The notes below the pieces were generated by a model that did no database searches, had not been told where the DNA came from, and saw nothing but the letters and a program-made list of their open reading frames with translations. Positions 18,072 to 28,464 of a stretch of DNA of 64,000 nt are shown here, piece after piece. Within the stretch, counting starts at the first letter, position 1. Each line of letters begins with the position of its first letter. Source of the DNA: Candidatus Krumholzibacteriota bacterium (GTDB lineage: Bacteria > Krumholzibacteriota > Krumholzibacteriia > LZORAL124-64-63); assembly GCA_039714075.1 (NCBI GenBank), contig JBDLKA010000004.1, positions 3,087-67,086 on the forward strand. The letters are read 5' to 3'. The position numbers were made by a program, and so were the translations under genes.

Positions 18072-20762
18072 CTACTTCTCGAGCGTGAGCAGATAGATGT
18101 CGCCGTCGTCCGTGTCCTGGGTGTAGACGATTCGCGTGCCGTCGTGCGACCAACCGCCGTTGTGGACGTGCCACCGGCCCTGGCCGTTTGTAATCCGTTC
18201 GAGGTCACCTACAGGTTTGGGCAAGCCGGACCCGGAGGCCGGGACCTCCAGTTCGAGCACGAACAGTCCCTGGTCGAAGTGGCTGGCCGATTTCACCAGG
18301 GCGAGGGAACCGCCGTCCGGCGCCAGGATCATTTCCGTGTGGGGTCCGGTAAAGAGCAGGACTTCCTCACCTGTCTGAAGATTGGCGGCCCGCAGTTCCA
18401 TCTTGTCGCCGGCCATGGTGCTATACACGATGCGATTGCGGTCCAGATACCAGTCGAAACGCAGGACCCCGGGAAATACGGACTTCGCCTTGGTGTCGCC
18501 GTGACGATCTGTCATCCACAGGGATGTTCCCCCGATATCAGGCAGTACGTATCCGATCGACTTGCCGTCCGGCGTCCAGCGGATGCTGAGGCTTACCGCC
18601 CAGACAACGCTGGGAATTGATATGTCCCGGATCGAGAGGTGCTCGGGAGGCCCGCTTCCGTCGGCTTTGGCGATCCAGATATCCGTGGGCCCGTCCCGGT
18701 TGGAGAGGTAGGCAATCTCCTCGCCGTCCGGTGACCAGGCCGGGAGTATGTCCATGGACGGATGTTTGGACAGGTTCAGTTCCTCGTGGGTCTCAAGGTC
18801 CACGATCCAGATTTCCTCGTTTCCGGTCCGGGTCGACTGGTAAGCGATACGATCTCCCCCGGGAGCATATCGTCCGACGAAGTTGTCGGCGGTCCAGGAG
18901 GTCAGCTGTTCGGACTCGCCGGTCGAGACGTCCACCGTGTACAGGTCCGTCTGATGGCTCCACCGCGTGTAGACGACAAGTCCGTGGGAAGAAACACTGG
19001 GATACCAGTCCTTTCCGCCGCCGAAGGTAAGCTGGCTCAACTCCCCCGAGTCCACGTGGATACCCCAGATATTCTCCATCCCACTTCTGTTGGACCCGAA
19101 GATGACGTACTGATCTCCGAGCAGAAACGAGGGGTCCATGTTTGCGAATTCGTCCGCCAGGAGTTCGTGTTCCTCCCCACCCGGAACCGATATCAGGAAC
19201 AATCTCGATGTTCCCGCGTGGGATCGTGTAAACACAATCCACTTGCCGTCGAAAGAGAAGCTCCCACTCAGGTCACGAGCGCCTGTCGGGGGAAAGGTGA
19301 CCTGCTTTTCGTCCCTGGTCTCGAGGTCCACCTTAAAAATCGCCACATCACCGTTATCCAAAATCCGGGAATACAGCAGACTCTTGTCCCCCGGAGCCCA
19401 AGGCATGGATCCGAGCAACCGCACCGCGTCCCAAAAATCGTTCAGGTAGGGAACCCGGGTCTCGACCAGTTTGGTCGATTTGCCTCCCAGGGGCGAGATC
19501 GTGAAGATATCACAATAAATCCCATCCCCCCCCAGATAGGCGATCTGGTTCCCGTCGCGGGACCAGCGCGGCAGATCCTCGTCTCCGGGATCATCGGTCA
19601 GACGCAACTTTTGTCCGCCAAGGCGCGATTGCATGTACAGGTCCATCGTCCCGTGTTCAGTGTGGCCGTAGGCGATGAATTCCGAGTTGGGCGACAGATT
19701 TCCCGAGAATTCAGGGCCTCGGGCAAAGGTGATGCGATCTGTTCCACCCGGAGAAAGCTTCCCGCCCGATTCCCAGGGCTGCATGACCAAGAGTGAAAGG
19801 GCGGCGGCGATGACCACCACAACGGCAACCAACCACGCCGTGCGAGCCGAACCCGGCTTTTGATCGCGTTGTTTCTGTTGGGCAGGGGCGGTGAATCCGG
19901 AATCGCGTTTGAGCATCTTGAGGTCGGCCCGGATTCCGGCCGCGCTCTGATAGCGCAGTTCGGGATCCTTCTCGAGGGCCTTGTTGACGATGCGCTGCAA
20001 CTCGGCCGGAACCTTCCGGTTGAGCTTCACCGGCGCCGTCGGGGCCCGATTCAGGATCGCATCGAACATGGCCGCGGACGTGTTCCCCGCGAAGGCGCGC
20101 CGCGCCGTGATCATCTCGTACAGAACCACTCCCAAAGAGAAAATGTCGGTCCGGTGGTCGAGGCCCTTTCCCAGCGCCTGCTCCGGCGACATGTACGACA
20201 CGGTGCCAACCACCGCCCCCGGATTGGTCATGTCCAAGGCGGTCATGGTTGCGCCATCGAGTCCCGGCTCCTGTTCCGTGTCGGGAGCGAGCTTGGCCAG
20301 CCCGAAATCCAGCACCTTGGCCTGGCCCCGGTCGGTAACGAAGATGTTGGCCGTCTTGATGTCCCGATGAATGATCCCCTTGGCGTGAGCGGCGTCCAGC
20401 GCATCGGCGATCTGGAGGGTGAGATCGACCGCTGACTCGATCGCCAGGGGTTGGCCGCCGATGTGTTGCTGAAGGGCCTGCCCCTCCAGCAGTTCCATGA
20501 CGATGAACCGCCTGCCTTCCCACTCGCCGATGTCGTAAATGGAGCAGATGTGGGGGTGGTTCATCGCCGAAGCGGCGCGGGCCTCGCGAATGTGACGATC
20601 GACATTCTGTGGTTTCGTGGCCACCTCGTCGGGAACGAATTTCATGGCGACGTTGCGCCCAAGACGCGTGTCCTGGGCCTTCCACACCACACCCATCCCG
20701 CCTTCGCCGATCTTCTCGATCAGGCGGTAGTGCTGTATGGTTTGACCAGACTGGATATTCAC
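18072..20762 (-). CDS. Eukaryotic-like Ser/Thr protein kinase with a single TM and a periplasmic TolB-like tandem beta-propeller (WD40/PD40 repeats), 896 aa
   Basis: GTG start directly abutting the upstream stop (TAGGTG). Hanks kinase motifs [33 protein letters not shown] after ~residue 300. C-terminal PD40-like repeats. Confidence 0.9.
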   Translation of the reverse strand: MNIQSGQTIQHYRLIEKIGEGGMGVVWKAQDTRLGRNVAMKFVPDEVATKPQNVDRHIREARAASAMNHPHICSIYDIGEWEGRRFIVMELLEGQALQQHIGGQPLAIESAVDLTLQIADALDAAHAKGIIHRDIKTANIFVTDRGQAKVLDFGLAKLAPDTEQEPGLDGATMTALDMTNPGAVVGTVSYMSPEQALGKGLDHRTDIFSLGVVLYEMITARRAFAGNTSAAMFDAILNRAPTAPVKLNRKVPAELQRIVNKALEKDPELRYQSAAGIRADLKMLKRDSGFTAPAQQKQRDQKPGSARTAWLVAVVVVIAAALSLLVMQPWESGGKLSPGGTDRITFARGPEFSGNLSPNSEFIAYGHTEHGTMDLYMQSRLGGQKLRLTDDPGDEDLPRWSRDGNQIAYLGGDGIYCDIFTISPLGGKSTKLVETRVPYLNDFWDAVRLLGSMPWAPGDKSLLYSRILDNGDVAIFKVDLETRDEKQVTFPPTGARDLSGSFSFDGKWIVFTRSHAGTSRLFLISVPGGEEHELLADEFANMDPSFLLGDQYVIFGSNRSGMENIWGIHVDSGELSQLTFGGGKDWYPSVSSHGLVVYTRWSHQTDLYTVDVSTGESEQLTSWTADNFVGRYAPGGDRIAYQSTRTGNEEIWIVDLETHEELNLSKHPSMDILPAWSPDGEEIAYLSNRDGPTDIWIAKADGSGPPEHLSIRDISIPSVVWAVSLSIRWTPDGKSIGYVLPDIGGTSLWMTDRHGDTKAKSVFPGVLRFDWYLDRNRIVYSTMAGDKMELRAANLQTGEEVLLFTGPHTEMILAPDGGSLALVKSASHFDQGLFVLELEVPASGSGLPKPVGDLERITNGQGRWHVHNGGWSHDGTRIVYTQDTDDGDIYLLTLEK
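19880..20762. repeat. Direct repeat copy A (5' kinase-domain coding region of the tandem Ser/Thr kinase genes)
   Basis: Matches 22181..23063 at a constant offset of 2301 nt. The spurious ORFs 20451.., 20609.. and 19981..20370 reappear near-identically at 22752.., 22910.. and 22282..22671. The 5'-most ~470 nt (20292..20762) appear identical, and identity decays towards the 3' side. Confidence 0.8.
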
Positions 20763-23093
20763 CTACTCGTCCCCCTTGTGTTCCGCCAAACCCTTCAATC
20801 CCGCCATCTCAAGCCCCTCCATCAGGTGGTCGGTCAAAGCGACCGTCATGGCGTGACGTTCAATCAATTCCCCGCGAATCTCACCGACAGGCCGAGCCCA
20901 CAGCGTGAGCATCTCGTCCAGCGCTGGCCCAGCATCCCCGGAACGGCCGAGTTGCCCGTAGGTTGCGGCAAGATAAAGCGGGCCGCGAAAGTCACCGCCA
21001 CCCAAATCAACATCCCTCAATTCAGTCAGGGCCTGTTCGTGTCGCCCGTGTCGATAGTGGTCCAGGAAAAAGGGCGTCCTTATCCAGCCAGGGGGATTCG
21101 GATCAAGTTCGATCGCTCTGCGCACCATCGGCAGGCTGTGTTCGAAGTCCTCCAACTGGGCAAGGAAGAACCCGAACATGGCCAACCACATGGTGTCGTT
21201 CGGGTTCAGGTCGATCGTCCGGTAAGCTTCGATCTTGGCGCGTTCATAATCCCCGCTGGTGAAATGGGTGAGAGCCATGGCTCCGTGGGCCACATGGTTC
21301 CCCGTGTCGAGCCGTACCGCCTTTTCGGCAAGCTCCAGCGCCCGTTCGAGAGCATCATATTCGTCCGAACGCTCGTTCCAGCGATGGTGGGTTTCCTCGG
21401 CATATATGTAGGCCAGCCAGGCCAGGCCGTCAGCGTAGTCGGAGTCGTCTCCGATCACACGTTCCAGGCAATTACGCGCCGCCAGATGATTTTCCGGTGT
21501 GTGTACATGCAGGTATTCGTACGTCCGCAGGACGCAATCATAACTGTCCAGACTCGCCGGAGGTTTACGTCTGGAACCGGGCAGTCCCGCCCTGGTCAGG
21601 GCTCCGTACGATCCGGCGATCGCGCTGACGACCTGTTGCGTCAACTCGTCCTGCAGCTCGAAAAGATTGGCTACCGTCAGATCACGCTCGTAGTTCGTTC
21701 CCCATATCAACCGCCTGTCGCCGGAATCGGAGAGCTGGACATTGACCTTGACCTGATTCCCTGCTTTGCGGACGCTTCCCTTCAACAGATAACGATTTAC
21801 AGGCAGGGTACCGGCCCGGCCAAGGTCTTCATCGCGATCCTCGTAGCTTTCCGTCGAACTGTGGGCGATCACGGTCAGCCTGCTGTAGCGAGAGAGCTCC
21901 GTGACGATATCCACGGTCAGTCCTTCGCTGAAGTACTTCTGATCCGTATCCCCACTGGCATTGGTGAAGGGCAGAATGTCGATCGTCGGACCTCTCGAAG
22001 AGGTCTGTTGGACACCTGCGTCAATCCCCTTTTCTGGAGCAGTGTCTGCCGGGGTTGCGTCTCGCCCGGACAGCCCCTTCAGCAGAATCACCGCCACCAC
22101 CGCGGTCAGCAACACCCCGGCCACTCCCCACAGGCCCACTCGGAGCCGGTCCGGGCCGGCAGCAACCGGTGGCGGGGTCACGGCGGTCATGCCTGCGGAC
22201 GAGTCCCGCTGCATTCGCTTCAGATCGCTCCGCAGTTCGGCTGTGCTCTGGTAGCGCAGCTCGGGATCCTTCTCGAGAGCCTTGTTGACGATGCGCTGCA
22301 ACTCGGGCGGGACCTCCCGGTTGAGCTCCACCGGCGCCGTCGGCGCCCGGTTTAGGATAGCGTCGAACATGGCCGCGGACGTGTTCCCCGCGAAGGGGCG
22401 CCGCGCCGTGACCATCTCGTACAGAACCACGCCCAAAGAGAAAATGTCGGTCCGGTTGTCGAGGTCCTTACCCAAGGCCTGCTCCGGTGACATGTACGAC
22501 ACCGTGCCCACCACCGCCCCCGGAGTCGTCATGTCGAGCGCGGTCATGGTGGCATCGTCGAGTCCCGGCTCCGGCGTTGCTCCGGACGCGAGCTTGGCCA
22601 GCCCGAAATCCAGCACCTTGGCCTGGCCCCGGTCGGTAACGAAGATATTGGCCGTCTTGATGTCCCGATGAATGATCCCCTTGGCGTGAGCGGCGTCCAG
22701 CGCATCGGCGATCTGGAGGGTGAGATCGACCGCTGACTCGATCGCCAGGGGTTGGCCGCCGATGTGTTGCTGAAGGGCCTGCCCCTCCAGCAGTTCCATG
22801 ACGATGAACCGCCTGCCTTCCCACTCGCCGATGTCGTAAATGGAGCAGATGTGGGGGTGGTTCATCGCCGAAGCGGCGCGGGCCTCGCGAATGTGACGAT
22901 CGACATTCTGTGGTTTCGTGGCCACCTCGTCGGGAACGAATTTCATGGCGACGTTGCGCCCAAGACGCGTGTCCTGGGCCTTCCACACCACACCCATCCC
23001 GCCTTCGCCGATCTTCTCGATCAGGCGGTAGTGCTGTATGGTTTGACCAGACTGGATGGACACGAATTTTCTCCCCCTGGTCGTCCCGACCAT
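20763..23093 (-). CDS. Eukaryotic-like Ser/Thr protein kinase with a single TM and a periplasmic TolB-N-like plus TPR-like sensor domain, 776 aa (or 766 aa from the GTG at 23063)
   Basis: The kinase domain is identical to the downstream paralogue over its first ~157 aa. The periplasmic part shows an [17 protein letters not shown] motif followed by TPR-like helices. A GGGGGAG RBS precedes the GTG at 23063. Confidence 0.9.
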   Translation of the reverse strand: MVGTTRGRKFVSIQSGQTIQHYRLIEKIGEGGMGVVWKAQDTRLGRNVAMKFVPDEVATKPQNVDRHIREARAASAMNHPHICSIYDIGEWEGRRFIVMELLEGQALQQHIGGQPLAIESAVDLTLQIADALDAAHAKGIIHRDIKTANIFVTDRGQAKVLDFGLAKLASGATPEPGLDDATMTALDMTTPGAVVGTVSYMSPEQALGKDLDNRTDIFSLGVVLYEMVTARRPFAGNTSAAMFDAILNRAPTAPVELNREVPPELQRIVNKALEKDPELRYQSTAELRSDLKRMQRDSSAGMTAVTPPPVAAGPDRLRVGLWGVAGVLLTAVVAVILLKGLSGRDATPADTAPEKGIDAGVQQTSSRGPTIDILPFTNASGDTDQKYFSEGLTVDIVTELSRYSRLTVIAHSSTESYEDRDEDLGRAGTLPVNRYLLKGSVRKAGNQVKVNVQLSDSGDRRLIWGTNYERDLTVANLFELQDELTQQVVSAIAGSYGALTRAGLPGSRRKPPASLDSYDCVLRTYEYLHVHTPENHLAARNCLERVIGDDSDYADGLAWLAYIYAEETHHRWNERSDEYDALERALELAEKAVRLDTGNHVAHGAMALTHFTSGDYERAKIEAYRTIDLNPNDTMWLAMFGFFLAQLEDFEHSLPMVRRAIELDPNPPGWIRTPFFLDHYRHGRHEQALTELRDVDLGGGDFRGPLYLAATYGQLGRSGDAGPALDEMLTLWARPVGEIRGELIERHAMTVALTDHLMEGLEMAGLKGLAEHKGDE
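22181..23063. repeat. Direct repeat copy B (5' kinase-domain coding region of the tandem Ser/Thr kinase genes)
   Basis: See copy A. Includes the RBS region, and divergence begins immediately upstream of the start codons. Confidence 0.8.
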
Positions 23094-23272
23094 CCCAGAG
23101 CATGATATTCCGCTCGAAAGTGGTATTTCGAGCTCGATTCATATCATATCATACTAATATGTATTTGTTAAGAAAGGGGCGCTATGCACTCCGACTGGCC
23201 GATTTGAGACATTTTTGATATTAATTGGTGGGTTCCAGGCGTTACCGCTCATTCCTGAATTCTGGAGACCCT

Positions 23273-25972
23273 ATGCAATCCGGTCAAACCCTTGCGCACT
23301 TCACCCTCGTGGAAAAGATCGGCTCCGGAGGGATGGGTGAAGTCTACCGCGCCACCGACGCCAAGCTGGGCCGGGACGTGGCCCTCAAGATCCTTCCCTC
23401 CGAATTGAGCGGCGACCCCGAGCGCGAAACCCGCTTTCATCGGGAAGCCCGCGCCCTGGCCAGCCTTCAGCATCCCAACGTGGCCTCGGTGTACGGTTTT
23501 GAAGAAGTGGACGGGATCCGCTTTCTGGTCATGGAACTGATTTCGGGCTCGGAACTAACCGTACGGATGAAAGAAGGTCCCATCCCGGTCGAGGAAACCC
23601 TGGACATCGCCCGCCAGATTGCCGCGGGCCTGGAGGCCGCCCACGAAAACGGCATCGTTCATCGTGACCTCAAACCGGCCAACATCATGGAAACCGAAGA
23701 CGGCGAAGTGAAAATCCTGGATTTCGGATTGGCCCAGGCCTGGTTCGGCGAGGACGACACCCAGCATGAGTCCGCCACGTCCCCGACCATGACCGCGGCC
23801 ATGACCCAGGCCGGCGCCATCCTGGGTACGGCGGCCTACATGAGCCCCGAGCAGGCCAGGGGCGCGGGTGTCGATCGGCGCACCGACATCTGGGCTTTCG
23901 GAGCGATCCTTTTTGAAATGCTGACCGGCAAGCAGCTCTTCAAGGGCGAAACCATCAGCGACACCCTGGCGGCCGTTCTCCGCAAGGAACCCGCCTGGGA
24001 TTCCCTGCCCGTAGACGAAGCTCCCGAGCTTTGCCGGTTGATCGAACGTTGCCTGGAGCGCAATCCCAAGCAGCGTCTGCGCGACATCGGCGAGGCCCGC
24101 ATCTTTCTGCAGGACGGCGGGGCCAGCATATCCAATTTTAGTTTTTCCCAGCTGGGCATGGACGCGGCGCCGGCGGAGTCCGCGCGCGCGAAAACCCCGG
24201 TTCCCCTGTTGGCGATTCTGGCTCTGGTATGCTTGTCGGTTGGCACGGTCCTGGGATGGAAGATTGTCGCCCAACCGAAGCCCGCTCCCCTGCTGCACAC
24301 CATGATCCCCGCGCCCAAGGATGCTGATTTCGATCTCAGGAGCCCGGCCCCGGGTCCGGCCGCAATCTCTCCTGACGGGACCAAGATGGCCTTTACGGCC
24401 GTGGATGAATCGGGAACCTCCCAGCTGCATCTGCGACACCTGGACAAGGGCGAGTCGGTCGTTCTGTCGGGCACCGTGGGCTCGGCCTACCCCTTCTGGT
24501 CACCCGACAGCGAGTTCATCGGGTTCTTCGAGCCCAATGCGGGGAAACTCAAGAAGGTGGCGGCGGCCGGCGGGCCCCCCGTCACCTTGTGCACCGCGCC
24601 CAACGGCAAAGGGGGATCCTGGAACAGCCGGGGAGAAATCATCTTTGCTCCCAATCACAACGGCGGGATCTTCAAGGTCCCGGACATCGGGGGGGCGCCT
24701 GTCCAATTGACGACCCTGGACCCGGACCATGATTCCCACCGGCACCCCCGCTTCCTTCCTGGGGGCACAAATTTTATTTTCACCGGTCGCGCCCTTAGCG
24801 GAAACATCAACAGCATATTCCTGGCCTCAACGGACACGGCCATTGCACCTAGAATAATTTCCGAATCGCAGACCAATGGGGACTTTGTCAACGGCAACCT
24901 GCTGACTGTCCATGAGGGCGTTTTGATGGCCACTCCGTTTACACCGGACCAGGAGAAGGTGACCGCGGGTGCGACCCCGTTGGTGGAAAACATCCTGAAT
25001 ATTCAGGGAGCCGCGGTATCTGTTTTCAGCCCCTCACCGACGGGCATGCTTGTCTTTCAGACGGGAGTCTCCATCAATGTGGGACAAATCATTTCCTGGG
25101 TGGAAATCGAAAAGGGGGTCGTGGAACCTCTAGGTGAACCCGGTCAGGTTTTTCATCCCTTTATTTCCCCGGACGGGAGTCAGGCTCTGCTTGAAGTGCG
25201 CAATGCGTCCAATGAAGGTACGGACCTGTGGCTTTTGGATCTGGCCACGGGTTTGCGGACACGGTTCACGTTTGCCGCGGGCGACGAAAAACGCCCCTGC
25301 TGGTCGCGTACAGGAAAAGACGTGTTCTACGAATCAGTTGAAAACAACTCCTTCCGGATCATGCAGCAACCGGTGGAGGGACAGGGCGGCGCCGCCATCA
25401 TTCTTGAATCCGACCGGGAAATCGCGCCTTCCAGCGTGGATCCCGAAGACAAGTTCCTATTGGTCGATTTCGAACGGGAGGACGGCAATTTTGAACTCCG
25501 CCGGATCACCCTGGAGCCCGGTCTGGACGAAATGGTCACCCTGGCCACTGCGCCTGACGCCAATCTGGGCGGTGGTGAGTATTCGCCGGACGGTCGCTGG
25601 ATCGCCTATCACACCGAAAGCGCTTCCGGATGGGATATCTTCGTGATCGCGGCCGAAGGTGGAGCGCGCAAGTGGCAGGTGACAACCGACGGTGCTGTAT
25701 ATCCCAAATGGGCAACAGGCGGAACGGAATTGTGGGTCAGCACATTCAGCGGAGATCTGCGCGTGTATTCCGTGGACGGTACCGGGCAGACCTTCCGCGT
25801 GGGGAACTTTATCCAGACCCCGATTAACATCGGCCCGGGCCCGAGTGGCAGTTTCTATGACCTGCACCCCGACGGCTTGCGGGTTCTCCAGACCGGAATG
25901 GATCCGGCTTTCCGTTCCGAAGTGTCCCATCTTCACCTGGTCACGGATTGGAAACGGGGGCTTGCCCAATAG
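23273..25972 (+). CDS. Eukaryotic-like Ser/Thr protein kinase with a single TM and a periplasmic TolB-like beta-propeller, ~900 aa
   Basis: The ORF runs 23225..25972 from a TTG. The likely ATG start is at 23273 (MQSGQTLAHF, aligning with the paralogue starts). Motifs GSGGMGEVYRA, HRDLKPANIM, DFGLAQ. Divergent from the tandem kinase pair, about 50% identical in the kinase domain. Confidence 0.9.
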   Translation: MQSGQTLAHFTLVEKIGSGGMGEVYRATDAKLGRDVALKILPSELSGDPERETRFHREARALASLQHPNVASVYGFEEVDGIRFLVMELISGSELTVRMKEGPIPVEETLDIARQIAAGLEAAHENGIVHRDLKPANIMETEDGEVKILDFGLAQAWFGEDDTQHESATSPTMTAAMTQAGAILGTAAYMSPEQARGAGVDRRTDIWAFGAILFEMLTGKQLFKGETISDTLAAVLRKEPAWDSLPVDEAPELCRLIERCLERNPKQRLRDIGEARIFLQDGGASISNFSFSQLGMDAAPAESARAKTPVPLLAILALVCLSVGTVLGWKIVAQPKPAPLLHTMIPAPKDADFDLRSPAPGPAAISPDGTKMAFTAVDESGTSQLHLRHLDKGESVVLSGTVGSAYPFWSPDSEFIGFFEPNAGKLKKVAAAGGPPVTLCTAPNGKGGSWNSRGEIIFAPNHNGGIFKVPDIGGAPVQLTTLDPDHDSHRHPRFLPGGTNFIFTGRALSGNINSIFLASTDTAIAPRIISESQTNGDFVNGNLLTVHEGVLMATPFTPDQEKVTAGATPLVENILNIQGAAVSVFSPSPTGMLVFQTGVSINVGQIISWVEIEKGVVEPLGEPGQVFHPFISPDGSQALLEVRNASNEGTDLWLLDLATGLRTRFTFAAGDEKRPCWSRTGKDVFYESVENNSFRIMQQPVEGQGGAAIILESDREIAPSSVDPEDKFLLVDFEREDGNFELRRITLEPGLDEMVTLATAPDANLGGGEYSPDGRWIAYHTESASGWDIFVIAAEGGARKWQVTTDGAVYPKWATGGTELWVSTFSGDLRVYSVDGTGQTFRVGNFIQTPINIGPGPSGSFYDLHPDGLRVLQTGMDPAFRSEVSHLHLVTDWKRGLAQ

Positions 25973-26000
25973 GGTCAATCGGCCCTTTCGTCCACCAACG

Positions 26001-26038
26001 ACAGAAGGGGCGCCCTTGCGAGCGCCCCTTCTTCTGTC
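26001..26038. terminator. Bidirectional terminator hairpin between convergent genes (10-bp stem GAAGGGGCGC/GCGCCCCTTC)
   Basis: Perfect 10-bp GC-rich stem with an 8-nt loop and T-rich flanks on both strands. Lies between the kinase-3 stop (25972) and the actP stop (26054). Confidence 0.4.
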
Positions 26039-26053
26039 GGCCGTTGAATCTCC

Positions 26054-27925
26054 CTATGCCTGGACCTTCTTCCGGGTCGCCAAAGACACCACGACCAGCG
26101 TCAGGAAACTGAGCGGAATGGAGATGATGCCGGGTTGCCCCAGGGGATGCCAGGCGGCCTCGGCGGTGAGTCCGTAGGGGCCCGCGAACATGGCCGGACC
26201 GGTCAGGATGATTCCCAGCGCCGCGACGATACCCACGGTGATGGAGGCGACAATGCCCGCCGCCGTGGTCTTCTTCCAGAACAGGAGCATGAGGATGGCG
26301 GGCAGGTTGGCCGACGCAGCCACCGCAAAGGCCCAGCCCACCAGGAAGCTCACGTTCACCCCGCGGAACACGATACCCAGGATGATGGCCACGATGCCCA
26401 CCGCGAAGGCGGCGATCTTGCCGGCGCGAACCTTCTCCTTCTCACTCAGGTTCATGCCGCCGAAACGGTCCATGAGGTCATGGGCCACCGCGCCCGAAGC
26501 GGCCACGATCAGGCCGGCCACCGTACCGAGCACCGTCGCGAAGGCGATGGCCGAGATGATGGCGAAAAGCACCCCGCCGAACGACATGGCCAGCAGCGGC
26601 GCCGACATGTTGTTGTCCGCCGGGTTCACCGTGCCGCTGGTGGCCGCGCCCAGACCCATGAAAAGGGTCAGGACGTAGAAGAAACCGATGGCGGCAATCG
26701 CCACGATGGTCGACTTCCGGGCACAGGCCGGGCTGGGAACCGTATAATAGCGGATGAGGATGTGCGGCAACGCGGCGGTGCCGAAGAAAAGGGCCAGCAT
26801 CAGGGAAATGAAGTTCAGCTTCTGCCAGCCCGTTTTCACCTTGAACTTCGCGCCGGGTTTCATTTCCTCGGTTCCCGAAACGGTCTTGGGGTAATACACG
26901 CTGTATTTTGCACCGTCTTCGTCGAACACGGTCTTCTTGTGCCACTGCTCGATCCGCGTATCGGGGTGGGTCAGGCGGGCCAGGAAACCGGCCGGGCCCA
27001 GTGAGCCGGTGCCCCGCGCGGCTTCTTCCTCGTTCATGCCGCCGATCGCCTTGATCCGGCCGACCGGATTCAGCAGTCCGTCGGGCTTGCCGTTGACCAG
27101 GGACCCGCTACTCCACTGGGCCTGCCAAAGAGTGCCGTCGGCATCCTTTTTCCACCACGAAACGACGCCTTCGTGGGAGAACTTCAGCAAATCGCCGACC
27201 GTGTGCTTCAGAAGGTAGCCCTGACCGGCCAACTCCACCTCGGTGGACTGTTCCGGAATATTGAGCAGGGCCTGCCCTTCGGCATCCTTCAGGCTCGGTG
27301 GCTCGGTACTCAAACCGCGCACCATGACCGAGACCACCAGAATGGTGGAAAAGATCAGCAACAGGCCGCCCTTGAGGAACTGGACGTAGGTGGTGGAAGT
27401 CATGCCCGCGGTGGAAACAATGGCGATCACTATCGCACCGACGATGATCACGCCCACCCAGTGGGGCAGGCCGAGCAGGGGTTCGACAAGGGAACCGGCG
27501 CCGTTCATCTGGGGAATGAGGTAGCAGATGGAAACCACCAGGGTGGAAATCGCGGCGGCCAGCTTGATGCCGCGGCTGTCGAATTTTGCATCCAGGGCGT
27601 CGGTGAAGGTGAATTTTCCCATGCGCTTCATGGGCTCGGCCACCACGAAGAGCGCCACGACCCAGCCGGCCAGATAGCCGATGGAGTATAGGAAGCCGTC
27701 GTACCCGAGGGTGGCGATCATCCCGCAGATGCCCAGGAAAGACGCGGCCGACAGGTAGTCGCCCGCGAAGCTGATGCCGTTGACAGCCCAATGGATTTGT
27801 CCGCCCGCGGCGTAGTACCCGGAGGCTGACTTCGCCTTGCGCGCAAAAAAGAAGCTCAGGTAGAGCACCATCAACACGAAGAGCGCAAAGATGACGATGG
27901 ACAGGGGAGTTCCATGCAGATTCAT
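26054..27925 (-). CDS. actP: Cation/acetate symporter ActP-like (sodium:solute symporter family) with a ~150-aa hydrophilic insertion, 623 aa
   Basis: SSF family topology and motifs. Translationally coupled (ATGA overlap) to the upstream DUF485/YjcH gene, the canonical yjcH-actP arrangement. Confidence 0.85.
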   Translation of the reverse strand: MNLHGTPLSIVIFALFVLMVLYLSFFFARKAKSASGYYAAGGQIHWAVNGISFAGDYLSAASFLGICGMIATLGYDGFLYSIGYLAGWVVALFVVAEPMKRMGKFTFTDALDAKFDSRGIKLAAAISTLVVSICYLIPQMNGAGSLVEPLLGLPHWVGVIIVGAIVIAIVSTAGMTSTTYVQFLKGGLLLIFSTILVVSVMVRGLSTEPPSLKDAEGQALLNIPEQSTEVELAGQGYLLKHTVGDLLKFSHEGVVSWWKKDADGTLWQAQWSSGSLVNGKPDGLLNPVGRIKAIGGMNEEEAARGTGSLGPAGFLARLTHPDTRIEQWHKKTVFDEDGAKYSVYYPKTVSGTEEMKPGAKFKVKTGWQKLNFISLMLALFFGTAALPHILIRYYTVPSPACARKSTIVAIAAIGFFYVLTLFMGLGAATSGTVNPADNNMSAPLLAMSFGGVLFAIISAIAFATVLGTVAGLIVAASGAVAHDLMDRFGGMNLSEKEKVRAGKIAAFAVGIVAIILGIVFRGVNVSFLVGWAFAVAASANLPAILMLLFWKKTTAAGIVASITVGIVAALGIILTGPAMFAGPYGLTAEAAWHPLGQPGIISIPLSFLTLVVVSLATRKKVQA

Positions 27926-28254
27926 GCGATTTCCTCCCCGCCGACGGACCTGCCGGCAAGTTCGTTTTCCTTACCGGTACACTTGTGGTTGTAGATGAGG
28001 GCCATCACCAGAGCCAGGACGATCAGCCCCATCCCGTAGACAACGGCGAGGTTCAAACCCATGAAGACGATGACCTGCATGACTTTGCCCTCGGCCACAA
28101 CGTTGGCCAGGACAAAACCCACGTACACGACGCAGTAGATGAGGAACATCACTACGCCCAGGCGAGTCTTGTAATTGCTCGCCGGATCAGGTCCGGATTC
28201 GGGGGCGGGTCCCTGGTGCATGACTTCCTCCTGGGGAAGGGGGCCGGGGCTCAA
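27922..28254 (-). CDS. yjcH: DUF485 family inner membrane protein (YjcH-like), 110 aa
   Basis: Two TM helices, ~110 aa, with a 4-nt overlap onto the ActP start. This is the characteristic partner gene of actP. Confidence 0.8.
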   Translation of the reverse strand: MSPGPLPQEEVMHQGPAPESGPDPASNYKTRLGVVMFLIYCVVYVGFVLANVVAEGKVMQVIVFMGLNLAVVYGMGLIVLALVMALIYNHKCTGKENELAGRSVGGEEIA

Positions 28255-28464
28255 GGACCGCTACGTGCGGCCCATCAAGGGTGATGGCGACGAAATTAAT
28301 ACCCCGTTAAATGAATAACAAATAAAATGAAAGTTAAATTTCTGTTGGGTGTATTTTCTGGTTCCATAGGCAAATACGGAAATTGCTGGTGGGCAAACCG
28401 CCGGTTGGAAGGCTCCCCTGCATCGGTTATTATTACCAAGCATTTCTCCCGAACCGGAGTTCTC

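Noticed and set aside
18762-22355. Plus-strand ORFs 18762..19796, 19981..20370 and 20451..22355 (up to 634 aa), and minus-strand ORFs 19711..20685 and 22468..23142
   Set aside because: They lie inside or antisense to the two Ser/Thr kinase genes. The kinase reading frames contain the full Hanks motif set. These ORFs are useful only as markers of the DNA duplication, because near-identical copies recur 2301 nt apart.
26135-27959. ORFs 26135..27004 (+), 26478..26945 (-) and 27108..27959 (-)
   Set aside because: They overlap the ActP gene in other frames or strands. Arg/Gly/His-rich. ActP has a coherent SSF transmembrane topology.
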